From: Verrucomicrobiota bacterium
GTDB lineage: Bacteria; Verrucomicrobiota; Verrucomicrobiia; Limisphaerales; UBA11358
Length of the DNA stretch: 64,000 nt
Direction of reading: 5' to 3'
Assembly (NCBI GenBank): GCA_028872915.1
Contig: JAGWNY010000013.1
Location: forward strand, 3,550-67,549
Each line of letters begins with the position of its first letter. Positions within the stretch are counted from its first letter, which is position 1. Under the pieces are notes generated by a model that was not told the DNA's origin, made no database searches, and saw only the letters and a program-made list of their open reading frames with translations. Of the stretch, positions 1 to 9,095 are shown one piece after another. A program made the position numbers and the translations under genes.

Positions 1-99
1 AAATCCAACCGCCATCCAAAACAGCAACAACACTTTCTGCATTCGCGCCAGCCTGATAAAATCGGAACCAAATCTCAAGCGCAGAAAGGAAAGGGGCCA

Positions 100-176
100 G
101 GGATGACTAATGGAGCATTCCGGTTTTCCCACCGGAAATCATTTTTGGAAAACATACCATTAGTCATCCCCTTTTT
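100..176 (+). repeat. Perfect 14-bp inverted repeat with a nested hairpin and a trailing T-run (terminator/attenuator-like or operator-like element)
   Basis: gggatgactaatgg (100-113) is the exact reverse complement of ccattagtcatccc (157-170). The 43-nt spacer contains a 6-bp hairpin, ttccgg (118-123) / ccggaa (132-137). It is followed directly by cTTTTTg (171-177). No convincing ORF covers it. Confidence 0.45.
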
Positions 177-293
177 GTGGCTTGGCCACTGCGTTTTGCA
201 TTTCTTCCGCTCGCAAAATGCATCAGAATCCTCCCGTTTCGGCCCATTTTTACCGCTTTTCAAGCCCGGCACAGCCGATGCTTAAAAAACCGC

Positions 294-662
294 ATGACAA
301 AAAGACGGCTTAACCCGCATGGCAAAATCACCCGCAATCTTGTCACTCCTGACCAGGTTGAACGCCGGGCACGCGAATTGGCCCTGATCGCCGGCCGCCA
401 ACCCCATCGCCGCACCACCTCCGATCTACGCGAGGCCAAGCGCGAGTTGCTGGGCGACGATGCCGCGGATAGCCCTGCCGACGAGGCGAATATCGTTCCG
501 TCCGGCATGGGCGCTCCGCCAACCGAATCCGGACGGCAAAGCGAGCGGCAACTGCCGTCCGATGACCAGGATGAAGAACGCGTTGTCCGGGAGGGCGTTG
601 ACGAGGCTGGCCACGACGTAATGCTCCAGGCCGCCAGCCGCCATACGCGCAGCGAAGGCTGA
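294..662 (+). CDS. Hypothetical charged protein (122 aa)
   Basis: ATG at 294 lies inside the 177..662 ORF; the upstream part looks non-coding. The product is Arg/Asp/Glu-rich with no motif I recognise. Its stop (660-662) abuts the next ATG at 664. Confidence 0.4.
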   Translation: MTKRRLNPHGKITRNLVTPDQVERRARELALIAGRQPHRRTTSDLREAKRELLGDDAADSPADEANIVPSGMGAPPTESGRQSERQLPSDDQDEERVVREGVDEAGHDVMLQAASRHTRSEG

Positions 663-663
663 C

Positions 664-960
664 ATGGGAAAAATCATTCCATTTCCCGGAAATCGGCGTC
701 AGCCCCTCAAACCGCCGGCCCACCGACCGAAACGCTTTCTCACCGAGGAATTTCACCGCGGCCGCCGCGAAGACCATACCCAGGAACAATTCGTGTCCCG
801 CGCCATGAACCAAAGGCTGGCCGCAGCCAGCCGCTGGAAGCCGCCTGTGCCGCCGTCGCATTCCCAGCCCGGCAGGCTTCCGCACCGTTCGCCAAGCACG
901 TTGCGCTGGAACATCGGCAACGTCAAGCGCAAGCCCGCCGCCCGCGGTCGCGCTTCATGA
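664..960 (+). CDS. Small basic Pro/Arg-rich hypothetical protein (98 aa)
   Basis: The ATG is 1 nt after the preceding stop. The N-terminus is MGKIIPFPGNRR, and third codon positions are GC-rich like neighbouring genes. The second half is low complexity, so coding status is uncertain. Confidence 0.25.
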   Translation: MGKIIPFPGNRRQPLKPPAHRPKRFLTEEFHRGRREDHTQEQFVSRAMNQRLAAASRWKPPVPPSHSQPGRLPHRSPSTLRWNIGNVKRKPAARGRAS

Positions 961-997
961 TTCCAATTACTCCGATGCAAATCACCACTCTGACGCC

Positions 998-1378
998 ATG
1001 CCCGACACCACCATAGAAATCCCGCCCGCGCGTTGGAACGAATTTTGCCGCGCTGTCAACGACGCTTATCGTGGCGCTGTCACCATCCGGGTGGTCCAGC
1101 AGGACGGCATCGAGCGCGACCTGGCCCATGACGTGCCGCTTCGCCTAGTCGCGTTTCAAAAGCAAGGCGAATGCAACGACGCCGTCACCATCGAAGCCGG
1201 ACCTTTTGACGAGCGGCCACTCCAGCACCAAATCATAGAGCCGATCCGGATCATGCTCAAAAAAAATGGGGAAAGCGGCCGCTACAAGCATGTGGAAATC
1301 CTTGCCGAAACCGGAATGACGGAAGTCACCTTTACCCCGGGCATCAATTCCACCGTGCTGGAAAAACTCGCGGCCTGA
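998..1378 (+). CDS. Hypothetical protein, DUF5335-like
   Basis: 126-aa ORF. The layout 'IEIPPARWNEFCRAVNDAYRG..VTIRVV...VPL..V.F......DAVTIEAG...HQI..P..I' matches my memory of the DUF5335 pattern. Not verified by search. Confidence 0.5.
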   Translation: MPDTTIEIPPARWNEFCRAVNDAYRGAVTIRVVQQDGIERDLAHDVPLRLVAFQKQGECNDAVTIEAGPFDERPLQHQIIEPIRIMLKKNGESGRYKHVEILAETGMTEVTFTPGINSTVLEKLAA

Positions 1379-1392
1379 ACGGAAAACGCCCG

Positions 1393-2250
1393 TCAGCCGA
1401 TTTTCGCGCCCAGATCAATGGTCACGCCTTCCCGCGCCGCCTCCACCTTCAAGGTCCCGGCCCCCGCCATTTGCCGCGCGCTCCCGACCAATTCCTCCAT
1501 CCTTCGATCATCGTGGTCCGGGTCGTGATGAAAAAGATAAAGCGTCCGCACGCCTGCCTGGAGCGCGAGCCTTACGGAATCATCCACGCAACCATGCCCC
1601 CATCCCATATGCGCCCGGTATTCGACCGCGTCGTATTGCGAATCCAGTATCAGCACGTCGGCGTCGCGCACAAATTCAATCATATCGCGGTCCTGGCCGC
1701 CCGTGCGCGGTTCGGTGTCAGGAAAAAAACAAATCACGCCGTCCGGCGTCGTCAGACGGTACCCGACGCACAATCCCGGATGGTTGGCCCGCTTGGCGCG
1801 AATGCAAAACGGTCCGATGTCGAAATTCAGTTCCTTGAATTCTTCAACGTCAATATTCCCCGGCAACTTGGCAAAGGGGACGGGAAAATAAGTGCTCTCC
1901 ATTTGTCCCGTCAGCGCCCCCACCAATCCCTTGCGCGCCCCAACTGAACCCAGGATGCGCAGCCGGCATTTTGAATTGTAAACCGGCGCAAAAAACGGCA
2001 GCCCATGGATATGGTCCCAATGCGTATGCGTGAGGAGCAGCGTCAAATTCAGCGGCTTGTCCTTGAACTCCTCCATCAGCGCCCGCCCCAGCAGCCGCAA
2101 TCCCGTTCCGGCATCCAGGATGACGATCTCACCGTCCCCGCGCACTTCCACACACGACGTGTTCCCGCCGTAATGAACTGTTCCCGGCCCCGGCGTGGGT
2201 ATTGAGCCGCGGACTCCCCAAAATTTGAGCCGTGTCACCGGGCCATCCAA
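1393..2250 (-). CDS. MBL-fold metallo-hydrolase
   Basis: 285-aa ORF with the metallo-beta-lactamase signature LLLTHTHWDHIHG (HxHxDH) and a downstream HHDPDH. Confidence 0.8.
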   Translation of the reverse strand: MDGPVTRLKFWGVRGSIPTPGPGTVHYGGNTSCVEVRGDGEIVILDAGTGLRLLGRALMEEFKDKPLNLTLLLTHTHWDHIHGLPFFAPVYNSKCRLRILGSVGARKGLVGALTGQMESTYFPVPFAKLPGNIDVEEFKELNFDIGPFCIRAKRANHPGLCVGYRLTTPDGVICFFPDTEPRTGGQDRDMIEFVRDADVLILDSQYDAVEYRAHMGWGHGCVDDSVRLALQAGVRTLYLFHHDPDHDDRRMEELVGSARQMAGAGTLKVEAAREGVTIDLGAKIG

Positions 2251-2342
2251 TCATCTTTTCACACCGCGCAAAAGAAAATAGTGGCGGCCGCCCTTTCTCA
2301 ATTGTCCGTTGCAATCGGCATCCGCCGCTTTAACCTTTCGCC

Positions 2343-3620
2343 GTGAGCATCCTGGAAGAACTCAACTGGCGGGGCCTTGTGGCCGACTGCACGGACGGCG
2401 CCGGCCTGCGAAAGCGTCTCGTGTCCCCTACTGTCGTCTATTGCGGCTTCGATCCCACGGCTGACAGCCTCCATGCCGGCAATCTGGTTCCTTTGCTCGC
2501 CCTGCGCAGGTTCCAATTGCTTGGCCATCATCCCATTGCCGTGGCCGGCGGCGCCACCGGCCTCATCGGCGATCCGAGCGGAAAATCCCAGGAGCGACAG
2601 TTGATCACCACCGAAGCTTTGGAGCACAACATTGCCCGTGTAAGAATCCAACTGGCCAGGCTGCTCGATTTTGAAACCAGGGAAAATCCCGCCCGGCTGG
2701 TGGACAACTCCGCGTGGACTCAAAACGTTTTTTATCTCGATTTTTTGCGCGACATCGGGAAGCACTTTTCCGTCAACCAAATGGTGGCCAAGGAAAGCGT
2801 CCGCGCTCGAATGGAAGACCGCGAATCGGGCATCAGTTACACGGAATTCAGCTATATGCTGCTCCAAGCGTTCGATTTCATGGTCCTGGCCCGCGATTAT
2901 CAATGCGAACTGCAAATTGGCGGCAGCGACCAGTGGGGCAATATCACCGCCGGCCTGGACCTGTGCCGCAGGAAACTCGCCAAAGCTGTCTTCGGCCTTA
3001 CGCTTCCCCTCCTCACGAACGCCGACGGCACGAAATTCGGCAAAACCGAGGCCGGTGCCGTGTGGCTGGACCCCAAACGCACCAGCCCTTACCGGTTCTA
3101 CCAGTTCTGGATCAATAGCGATGACCGGGACGTCATCCGGCGCCTGAAATACTTCACCTTTCTTTCGTCCGATGAAATCGGAGCGTTGGAAAAACAACAT
3201 GCCGAAAATCCCGGCGCACGCCACGCGCACAGGGCTTTGGCCAAGGCGCTTTCCGATCTCATCCACGGCAGCGCCGTCACCGCCGAGGCCATCCGCGCCA
3301 GCGAAATCCTGTTTGGCGGCCGGCTGGAGGGAATCGCCGAGAGCACATTCGATGAAATTGTCGGTGAAGCGCCCACCAAGGAAATTGAAAAATCAAAACT
3401 GGACGGCGCCGGTTTGCCACTGGTCGAACTCCTGGTTCATGCGGGTTTGAGTGCGTCCAAAGGCCAGGCGCGGAAAGATATCCAGGGCGGGGGCGTGAAC
3501 GTGAACAATATCCGCGAAGCCAGTGAAACGCGCTCCGTCACTTCCAACGATTTGCTTTTTGGCAAACACGTTTTGCTGCGCAAAGGCAAAAAAAATTACG
3601 TGGTCGTTACCGCCCGGTAA
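2343..3620 (+). CDS. tyrS: Tyrosine--tRNA ligase
   Basis: 425 aa with a GTG start. Class-I 'HIGH' variant (SLHAGNLVPL), KMSKS variant (KFGKTE) and a C-terminal S4-like domain. Confidence 0.95.
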   Translation: MSILEELNWRGLVADCTDGAGLRKRLVSPTVVYCGFDPTADSLHAGNLVPLLALRRFQLLGHHPIAVAGGATGLIGDPSGKSQERQLITTEALEHNIARVRIQLARLLDFETRENPARLVDNSAWTQNVFYLDFLRDIGKHFSVNQMVAKESVRARMEDRESGISYTEFSYMLLQAFDFMVLARDYQCELQIGGSDQWGNITAGLDLCRRKLAKAVFGLTLPLLTNADGTKFGKTEAGAVWLDPKRTSPYRFYQFWINSDDRDVIRRLKYFTFLSSDEIGALEKQHAENPGARHAHRALAKALSDLIHGSAVTAEAIRASEILFGGRLEGIAESTFDEIVGEAPTKEIEKSKLDGAGLPLVELLVHAGLSASKGQARKDIQGGGVNVNNIREASETRSVTSNDLLFGKHVLLRKGKKNYVVVTAR

Positions 3621-3624
3621 AAAA

Positions 3625-3966
3625 TCATCCCGGCGGCCAGGCCATGTGCCGCCCGCCCAGGATGTGGCAGTGGAGATGGGGAATCGTCTCGCCGCCGTCC
3701 GGCCCGTTGTTGATGACGAGCCGGTAGCCTTTGGCCAGTCCCAGCTTTCCGGCCAATTCCGCCGCCTTCAAGAGCAAATGCGCCAGCAATTGAGCATCCG
3801 CGGCCTGCGCCTCGGCAATCCGGGGAATTGGTTTCCTGGGAAAAATCAACACGTGGGTTGGCGCTTGCGGATTGATGTCCCGGATTGCGAGCGTCAATTC
3901 ATCCTCATGGACAATCGTCGCGGGAATTTCGCGCGCGACAATTTTTTCAAACAGTGTCTTGCTCAT
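3625..3966 (-). CDS. HIT-family (histidine triad) nucleotide-binding protein
   Basis: 113 aa. N-terminus MSKTLFEKIVAREIPA and histidine triad HLHCHILGG. Confidence 0.9.
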   Translation of the reverse strand: MSKTLFEKIVAREIPATIVHEDELTLAIRDINPQAPTHVLIFPRKPIPRIAEAQAADAQLLAHLLLKAAELAGKLGLAKGYRLVINNGPDGGETIPHLHCHILGGRHMAWPPG

Positions 3967-3996
3967 GTTCCATTCATCCCTCTGGAATCCGCCTCT

Positions 3997-4554
3997 TCAT
4001 TTTACGACCAATGAACAACGATTGCTCTCCGGCTCCGCCGTCAGGCAGCCCCGCAGATATTCGATGATCTGTTCCCGGATTTTCTCGCACCGGCCGCTCC
4101 ATCGGCGCGCCCCGGCGAGTTGCTTCGCACAACCCCGCAACCCGGAAAACCGCACCACACGCGGCGATTGGCGCAGTTGTTCCCGCAATTCGCATCGCAG
4201 CCGCGGGAAAAAGAACAATTCCAGGCTGTTGCCACCGCTCCGGGCCAGCGTTACCAAATCCGTTTCCAGCACGCCGCCCCAATGCGATTCCACCACGCCG
4301 GCGTGAATCGCGTATCCCAATTGCCGCAGCGCCTTTTCCAATGCGCCGGCAAACTCCCCCACCGTGACCGCCTGCCGCTCCAGCTCATTTTTGAAATAAT
4401 GAAAGACCGAGGCGGTCGCGTGCCGCAGTGTCTCCGGGTCCACCTGACTCACCGATGGATTGGTGATTTCCACCGAAATCATATCCACGGAACAAGGCAC
4501 GCTCTCGCCGTTCGCCAGTTTGAAAAATAAACAGTCCGATTGCGTCGCGATCAT
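3997..4554 (-). CDS. Hypothetical protein, translationally coupled to nrdR
   Basis: 185-aa ORF whose ATG (4554-4552) overlaps the nrdR stop (4553-4551) as ATGA. No motif recognised. Confidence 0.6.
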   Translation of the reverse strand: MIATQSDCLFFKLANGESVPCSVDMISVEITNPSVSQVDPETLRHATASVFHYFKNELERQAVTVGEFAGALEKALRQLGYAIHAGVVESHWGGVLETDLVTLARSGGNSLELFFFPRLRCELREQLRQSPRVVRFSGLRGCAKQLAGARRWSGRCEKIREQIIEYLRGCLTAEPESNRCSLVVK

Positions 4555-5006
4555 TTTGCAGCCTCCAGTTTTCTGACTTCATGCACGAAGTCCGTTGCCT
4601 CCTGAAAACGCCGATAGACGCTCGCAAACCGCACATAGGCCACCTCATCGAGGCCTCGCAGGCCGTCCATCACCAATTTGCCGATGTATTCGCCCGGCAC
4701 TTCGTTTTCAAATTTCTCCATCGCTTCCGCCGTCACCTTGTCCGCCAACTCTTCCATTGCTCCCGATCCTACCGGCCGCTTCTGGCACGCCTTCTTGATA
4801 CCCGCCAAAAGCTTCTCCCGGGAAAACTCCTCCCGCCGTCCGTCGCGCTTGGTTACCATCAGGCCGTTATGTTCCACTTCCTCATACGTCGTAAAGCGAT
4901 GGCCGCATTTGGCACACTCCCGACGGCGCCGGATGGCTGCGCCCTCGCGTGAGGCGCGCGAATCCACTACTTTATCTTCCTGACCACCGCATTTAGGACA
5001 ACGCAT
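4551..5006 (-). CDS. nrdR: Transcriptional repressor NrdR
   Basis: Starts MRCPKCGG...KVVDSR, with a second CxxC (CAKCGHRFTTYE) forming the zinc ribbon, followed by an ATP-cone. I prefer the ATG at 5006 over the ORF-track start at 5045. Confidence 0.9.
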   Translation of the reverse strand: MRCPKCGGQEDKVVDSRASREGAAIRRRRECAKCGHRFTTYEEVEHNGLMVTKRDGRREEFSREKLLAGIKKACQKRPVGSGAMEELADKVTAEAMEKFENEVPGEYIGKLVMDGLRGLDEVAYVRFASVYRRFQEATDFVHEVRKLEAAK

Positions 5007-5251
5007 ACAAACCACACCTAATTGTGGCCGTCTTGTTTTTACCATACCGCTATTTGTGGTGTCAAGACAGAATTATTCACAAAATCAGCCAAAACAGACT
5101 TGCTCATTTTTCGATTTTTGCCCCATTTTCACGATAAAAGCCGATGAATCAGGCTGCGAAACGCGCGATTTTCGCGATAAAAAGCAAAATCTGACGATTC
5201 CCCGGCTCCGTAAGGATCATAGAGACAGGCCGTATTTCAGGGTGCGTTGAA

Positions 5252-7975
5252 ATGCAACCGCCAGCCGCACGCTTATTTCCTCGTGCAAACGAGCTGATTT
5301 CATTTAGCCTTGGTCATGTGAAACAAATCCCCTGGCTTTTCGCGCCGTTGCTTATGTCCGTTGCCCTGGCAGACGCTCCGGCACTGCCGCCGCGGGTTTT
5401 TCCGCATCCCCATCGCATCCGTTACGATTCCCAATGCCTGGCGATTGATGGCCGGGACGTATTTATTTTCAGCGGATCCTTCCATTATTTTCGCTGCCCG
5501 GAAGCGTTGTGGCCGGCGCGGTTTCAAACGATCAAAGCCGCCGGTTTCAACACGGTGGAAACGTATGTGCCCTGGAATTGGAGCGAACGACAGATGCCCG
5601 CGGGCTTGGACGATTTTTCCAAGGTCCATCTCAAGGATTTGGACGACTGGCTGAGCATGGCGGAGCATTACGGGTTCTACGTTATCGTTCGGCCCGGTCC
5701 GTATATCTGCGCCGAATGGGCGACCGGGGGCTATCCACAATGGTTGCCGGCCAAAAAGCCAAGGACGTTCCCGCCGGGCGAGGACTGGCTGCGGAGCGAT
5801 GATCCGGTTTACCTGGCGTGGTGCAAACATTGGTATCAGGAGGTTTGCCCGGTAATTGCCAAACATCAGATCACACGCAAACGGCCTGGCGCGCCGGGCG
5901 TCATCCTGGTGCAAATCGAAAACGAGTACGACTATGATCATTTCACTCCGGATGCCGCCAAGGTCGGCCAGCTCAAGGCGCTGGCCCGGGACGCGCGCGC
6001 CAATGGCATTGACGTGCCGCTGATTACGTGCTGGACCCGGCAGGTTCGTGGCTCGGCGGACCCGGTTTTGCGGCAGGTTTTTGATTGCTGCAATTTTTAC
6101 CCGCGCTGGAACGTTTCGGCCCGGTTGCGCCCGGAAATTTTAAAGCTGCGCAGGGAACAGCCCGATGCGCCACTCGCCACGACGGAGCTGCAGGGGGGAT
6201 GGTTTTCCAAAGTGGGCGGCCAATTGAGCCAGGACCAGGACGGATTCTCACCCGCTGAAATTCAAAATCTCAGCCTATTCGCCATCCAGATGGGCGATAC
6301 GGTGATCAATTACTACATGCTCTTCGGCGGTTCGAACTTCGGGGACTGGGGCGCGCGCGGCATGACGACGACCTACGATTATGACGCGCCTATTCGTGAA
6401 TGGGGCGGCGTGGGAAAGCGGTATCAACGTGTTTGGGCCATTGGCCACATGCTCGAAAAATATGGCGTCCGCCTCGCCCGGGCCGAATCGGTGGAGTGCG
6501 ACGCAACCACGTCGCAAAAGGACGTAACGGTTGCCGAACGGCGGGCGCAGGATGGCAGCCGTTTCTTTTTCGTGCGAACCGGCCAGCACGTTGAGCGACG
6601 GGACGGTACCGCGACCCTGCGGGAGGCCGATGGGCGCAAAATTGCGTTTCACTACAATCTGGAACCGTTTGGCTCGAAGATTTTTTATCTGCCGCCGGAT
6701 GCGACCAGCGCGACCCAAGGCCGATGGCTGCCGGAACCCGCGCCGGCGATCACGTCGTTGGAGCGGCCTGAAAATGCGCCCGCCGCCGTCACAATCACTT
6801 CAGCTAGGATGCAAGCCGATCCCGGACCACGCCGCTGGACGAAGCTTGCTCCGCACGAAACTCTGGCCGAGGCGGGAGACTACGGCAGCGGCTTCGTTTT
6901 TTACCGGCTGAACCTTTCCAATCCGACGGCCACGAATTTAATGGTTGAATTTCCCCACGGCGACGCCGTCCTGGCCGAAGTCAATGGGAAACCCGTAGCA
7001 GGCGTCAGCACGGCATCGCGGGCGGCGTTTGAGCTTCCGCCGGGTCGCAGCCGGGTCGAATTGCTTTATGAAGATCGCGGCTTTGTGAACGTCGGAAGCG
7101 GGATGGACAAACCAGGTGGAATTTCCTCCGCGCAATGGATCGGCACCAGCCGGATCGTCGGCACGCCCATTACCGGCTGGAAAATGCATCTTGTGCATGG
7201 AACGGCCAAACGGCCCGAAGTCAAAACCGATTTTGATGACAGCGCCTGGCCGGACGCGGACGTTCACGCCGTGGATGGGAATCAATTGCAACCGGGCGAG
7301 ACTGCTGTTTTTCGGGCCAGCGTTACAATGACCCAGTACCAATTGCACAGTTCGAAATGGGACCTGAATTTTGGCCGGATTCATGACGCGGGCTGGGTCT
7401 ATGTCAATGGCGCATCGGTTGGCAAAACGACAGACTGGTCACAGCCGTGGTCATTTGGTGTCACAAAACACTTGCGGCCAGGCGCTAATGAGATTGCGGT
7501 GATCGTGCATAACGACACGGGCGCCGGCGGCTTGGGCGCGCCGACGATTGCGCCTGAATGGAAGGGTCCGTCCGCCGCGCTGCCGGCTTTCGGCGAGCCG
7601 CTGGGCAATCAAAAGGGATGGTGGCGGCCGGATTTCAATGACCGGAAATGGAAGACCACCTTGACAGGCAATGCCCCGGCACAAACGAATTTGTTGACAT
7701 GGTATCGGATGGACTTTCGACTGCCGGCACCGGAAACCGGCATGGCGTGGCGTTTGCGCCTTTACTCGGCTGGAAATGGCTTCATTTACCTCAATGGTCA
7801 CGCGCTGGGGCGATACTGGCAGGCGGGGCCGCAGCACGATTTTTACCTGCCGGAATGCTGGCTGAATTTTGGAGAAACAAGGACCAATGTCGTTGCCGTG
7901 AGCCTTCGTCCGCTGGACCAGGGCACGGAAATCCAATCTGCGGTTGTGGCGACTTTCGCGACCGATCCACTTTAG
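5252..7975 (+). CDS. Secreted beta-galactosidase, glycoside hydrolase family 35
   Basis: 907 aa with GH35 hallmarks: GSFHYFR, GFNTVETYVPWNWSE, RPGPYICAEW..GG.P.WL, QIENEY, plus C-terminal beta-sandwich domains. A hydrophobic N-terminus suggests export. The exact start is uncertain. Confidence 0.85.
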   Translation: MQPPAARLFPRANELISFSLGHVKQIPWLFAPLLMSVALADAPALPPRVFPHPHRIRYDSQCLAIDGRDVFIFSGSFHYFRCPEALWPARFQTIKAAGFNTVETYVPWNWSERQMPAGLDDFSKVHLKDLDDWLSMAEHYGFYVIVRPGPYICAEWATGGYPQWLPAKKPRTFPPGEDWLRSDDPVYLAWCKHWYQEVCPVIAKHQITRKRPGAPGVILVQIENEYDYDHFTPDAAKVGQLKALARDARANGIDVPLITCWTRQVRGSADPVLRQVFDCCNFYPRWNVSARLRPEILKLRREQPDAPLATTELQGGWFSKVGGQLSQDQDGFSPAEIQNLSLFAIQMGDTVINYYMLFGGSNFGDWGARGMTTTYDYDAPIREWGGVGKRYQRVWAIGHMLEKYGVRLARAESVECDATTSQKDVTVAERRAQDGSRFFFVRTGQHVERRDGTATLREADGRKIAFHYNLEPFGSKIFYLPPDATSATQGRWLPEPAPAITSLERPENAPAAVTITSARMQADPGPRRWTKLAPHETLAEAGDYGSGFVFYRLNLSNPTATNLMVEFPHGDAVLAEVNGKPVAGVSTASRAAFELPPGRSRVELLYEDRGFVNVGSGMDKPGGISSAQWIGTSRIVGTPITGWKMHLVHGTAKRPEVKTDFDDSAWPDADVHAVDGNQLQPGETAVFRASVTMTQYQLHSSKWDLNFGRIHDAGWVYVNGASVGKTTDWSQPWSFGVTKHLRPGANEIAVIVHNDTGAGGLGAPTIAPEWKGPSAALPAFGEPLGNQKGWWRPDFNDRKWKTTLTGNAPAQTNLLTWYRMDFRLPAPETGMAWRLRLYSAGNGFIYLNGHALGRYWQAGPQHDFYLPECWLNFGETRTNVVAVSLRPLDQGTEIQSAVVATFATDPL

Positions 7976-7987
7976 GAACCAGGAACC

Positions 7988-8980
7988 TTATTTCGGAAGC
8001 AGGCCGGCCACCAGGCTGCGCTCTTCTTTCAATTCATTTTGGCTTGCAATGATTTTCGCCTTGCTGAAGTCATTGAGGGGCAGATTTTCCACGATCTCCC
8101 ATTTGGAACCGTTGCCGCGGGTGGGATGGCTGAAGATCAGACCTTTTTCGATTCCATAGTGTCCAGGCGCGCAGGAGGCCACGCTGAACCAGTCGCCAGC
8201 GGGCGTGGGGGTCGTCAGGCGGCGGACGGTGTCCACAACGGCGTTTGCGGCGCTGGCGGCACTGCTTAATCCGCGCGCCTTGATAATTGCGGCGCCGCGC
8301 TGCTGAATGGTTGTAATAAATGGCCCTTTGAGCCAGACGTCGTCCTGAATGACTTCGGGGAGGGGGCGGCCCGAAATTTTCGCGTTGAAAAAATCGGGAT
8401 ACATGGTTGCGCTGTGATTTCCCCAAATGGCGAGGTTGCTGACCGCCGTGACGTCCGCGTTCGCTTTTTTTGCGAGCTGCGTTTTGGAACGGTTTTCATC
8501 GAGCATAGTCATGGCGAAGAACCGGTCGGCGGGCACGCCATCGGCATTGCGCATGGCGATGAGGGCGTTGGTGTTACAGGGATTGCCGACGACGAGCACC
8601 CGCACGTTCGGGGCGGCGTGTTTGGCGATGGCCTGGCCTTGTCCAACGAAGATTTTGCCATTGATGCCCAGGAGGTCCTTGCGCTCCATGCCAGCCTTGC
8701 GCGGGACGGCGCCCACCAGCAAGGCCCAGTTGACGCCGCGGAAACCCTCTTCGAGGCTCGACGTGGCCACGATGGCTTTGAGCAGCGGGAAAGCGCAATC
8801 GTCCAGTTCCATGAGCACGCCATCGAGGGCGGACAGGGCCTTTGGATCGGGAATTTCGATCAGATGCAAGATGACGGGCTGTTCCGGGCCAAACATGGCG
8901 CCCGAAGCGATGCGAAAAAGGAGGGAATAGCCGATTTGGCCGGCGGCGCCGGTGATTGCCACGTGAATGGGTTCATTCAT
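7988..8980 (-). CDS. mdh: Malate dehydrogenase
   Basis: 330 aa. [21 protein letters not shown] Rossmann motif, and full-length resemblance to the LDH/MDH family ([15 protein letters not shown]). Confidence 0.95.
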   Translation of the reverse strand: MNEPIHVAITGAAGQIGYSLLFRIASGAMFGPEQPVILHLIEIPDPKALSALDGVLMELDDCAFPLLKAIVATSSLEEGFRGVNWALLVGAVPRKAGMERKDLLGINGKIFVGQGQAIAKHAAPNVRVLVVGNPCNTNALIAMRNADGVPADRFFAMTMLDENRSKTQLAKKANADVTAVSNLAIWGNHSATMYPDFFNAKISGRPLPEVIQDDVWLKGPFITTIQQRGAAIIKARGLSSAASAANAVVDTVRRLTTPTPAGDWFSVASCAPGHYGIEKGLIFSHPTRGNGSKWEIVENLPLNDFSKAKIIASQNELKEERSLVAGLLPK

Positions 8981-9095
8981 AAGAAAAAAGAATACAAGGG
9001 GAGAGGTCCATGTTCAAGCCATCTTCGCCCGGCTGCCGAAGGGGGACGCATCAAGCGAGATCGGTCACGGTTCCCATTGAAATGCTCGCTTTCCG

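Noticed and set aside
5046-5075. Possible NrdR box upstream of nrdR (accgctatttgtggtg)
   Set aside because: It is only weakly palindromic and a poor match to the acaC.A.ATAT.T.Gtgt consensus as I remember it. NrdR boxes are expected at nrd operons, which are not in this window.
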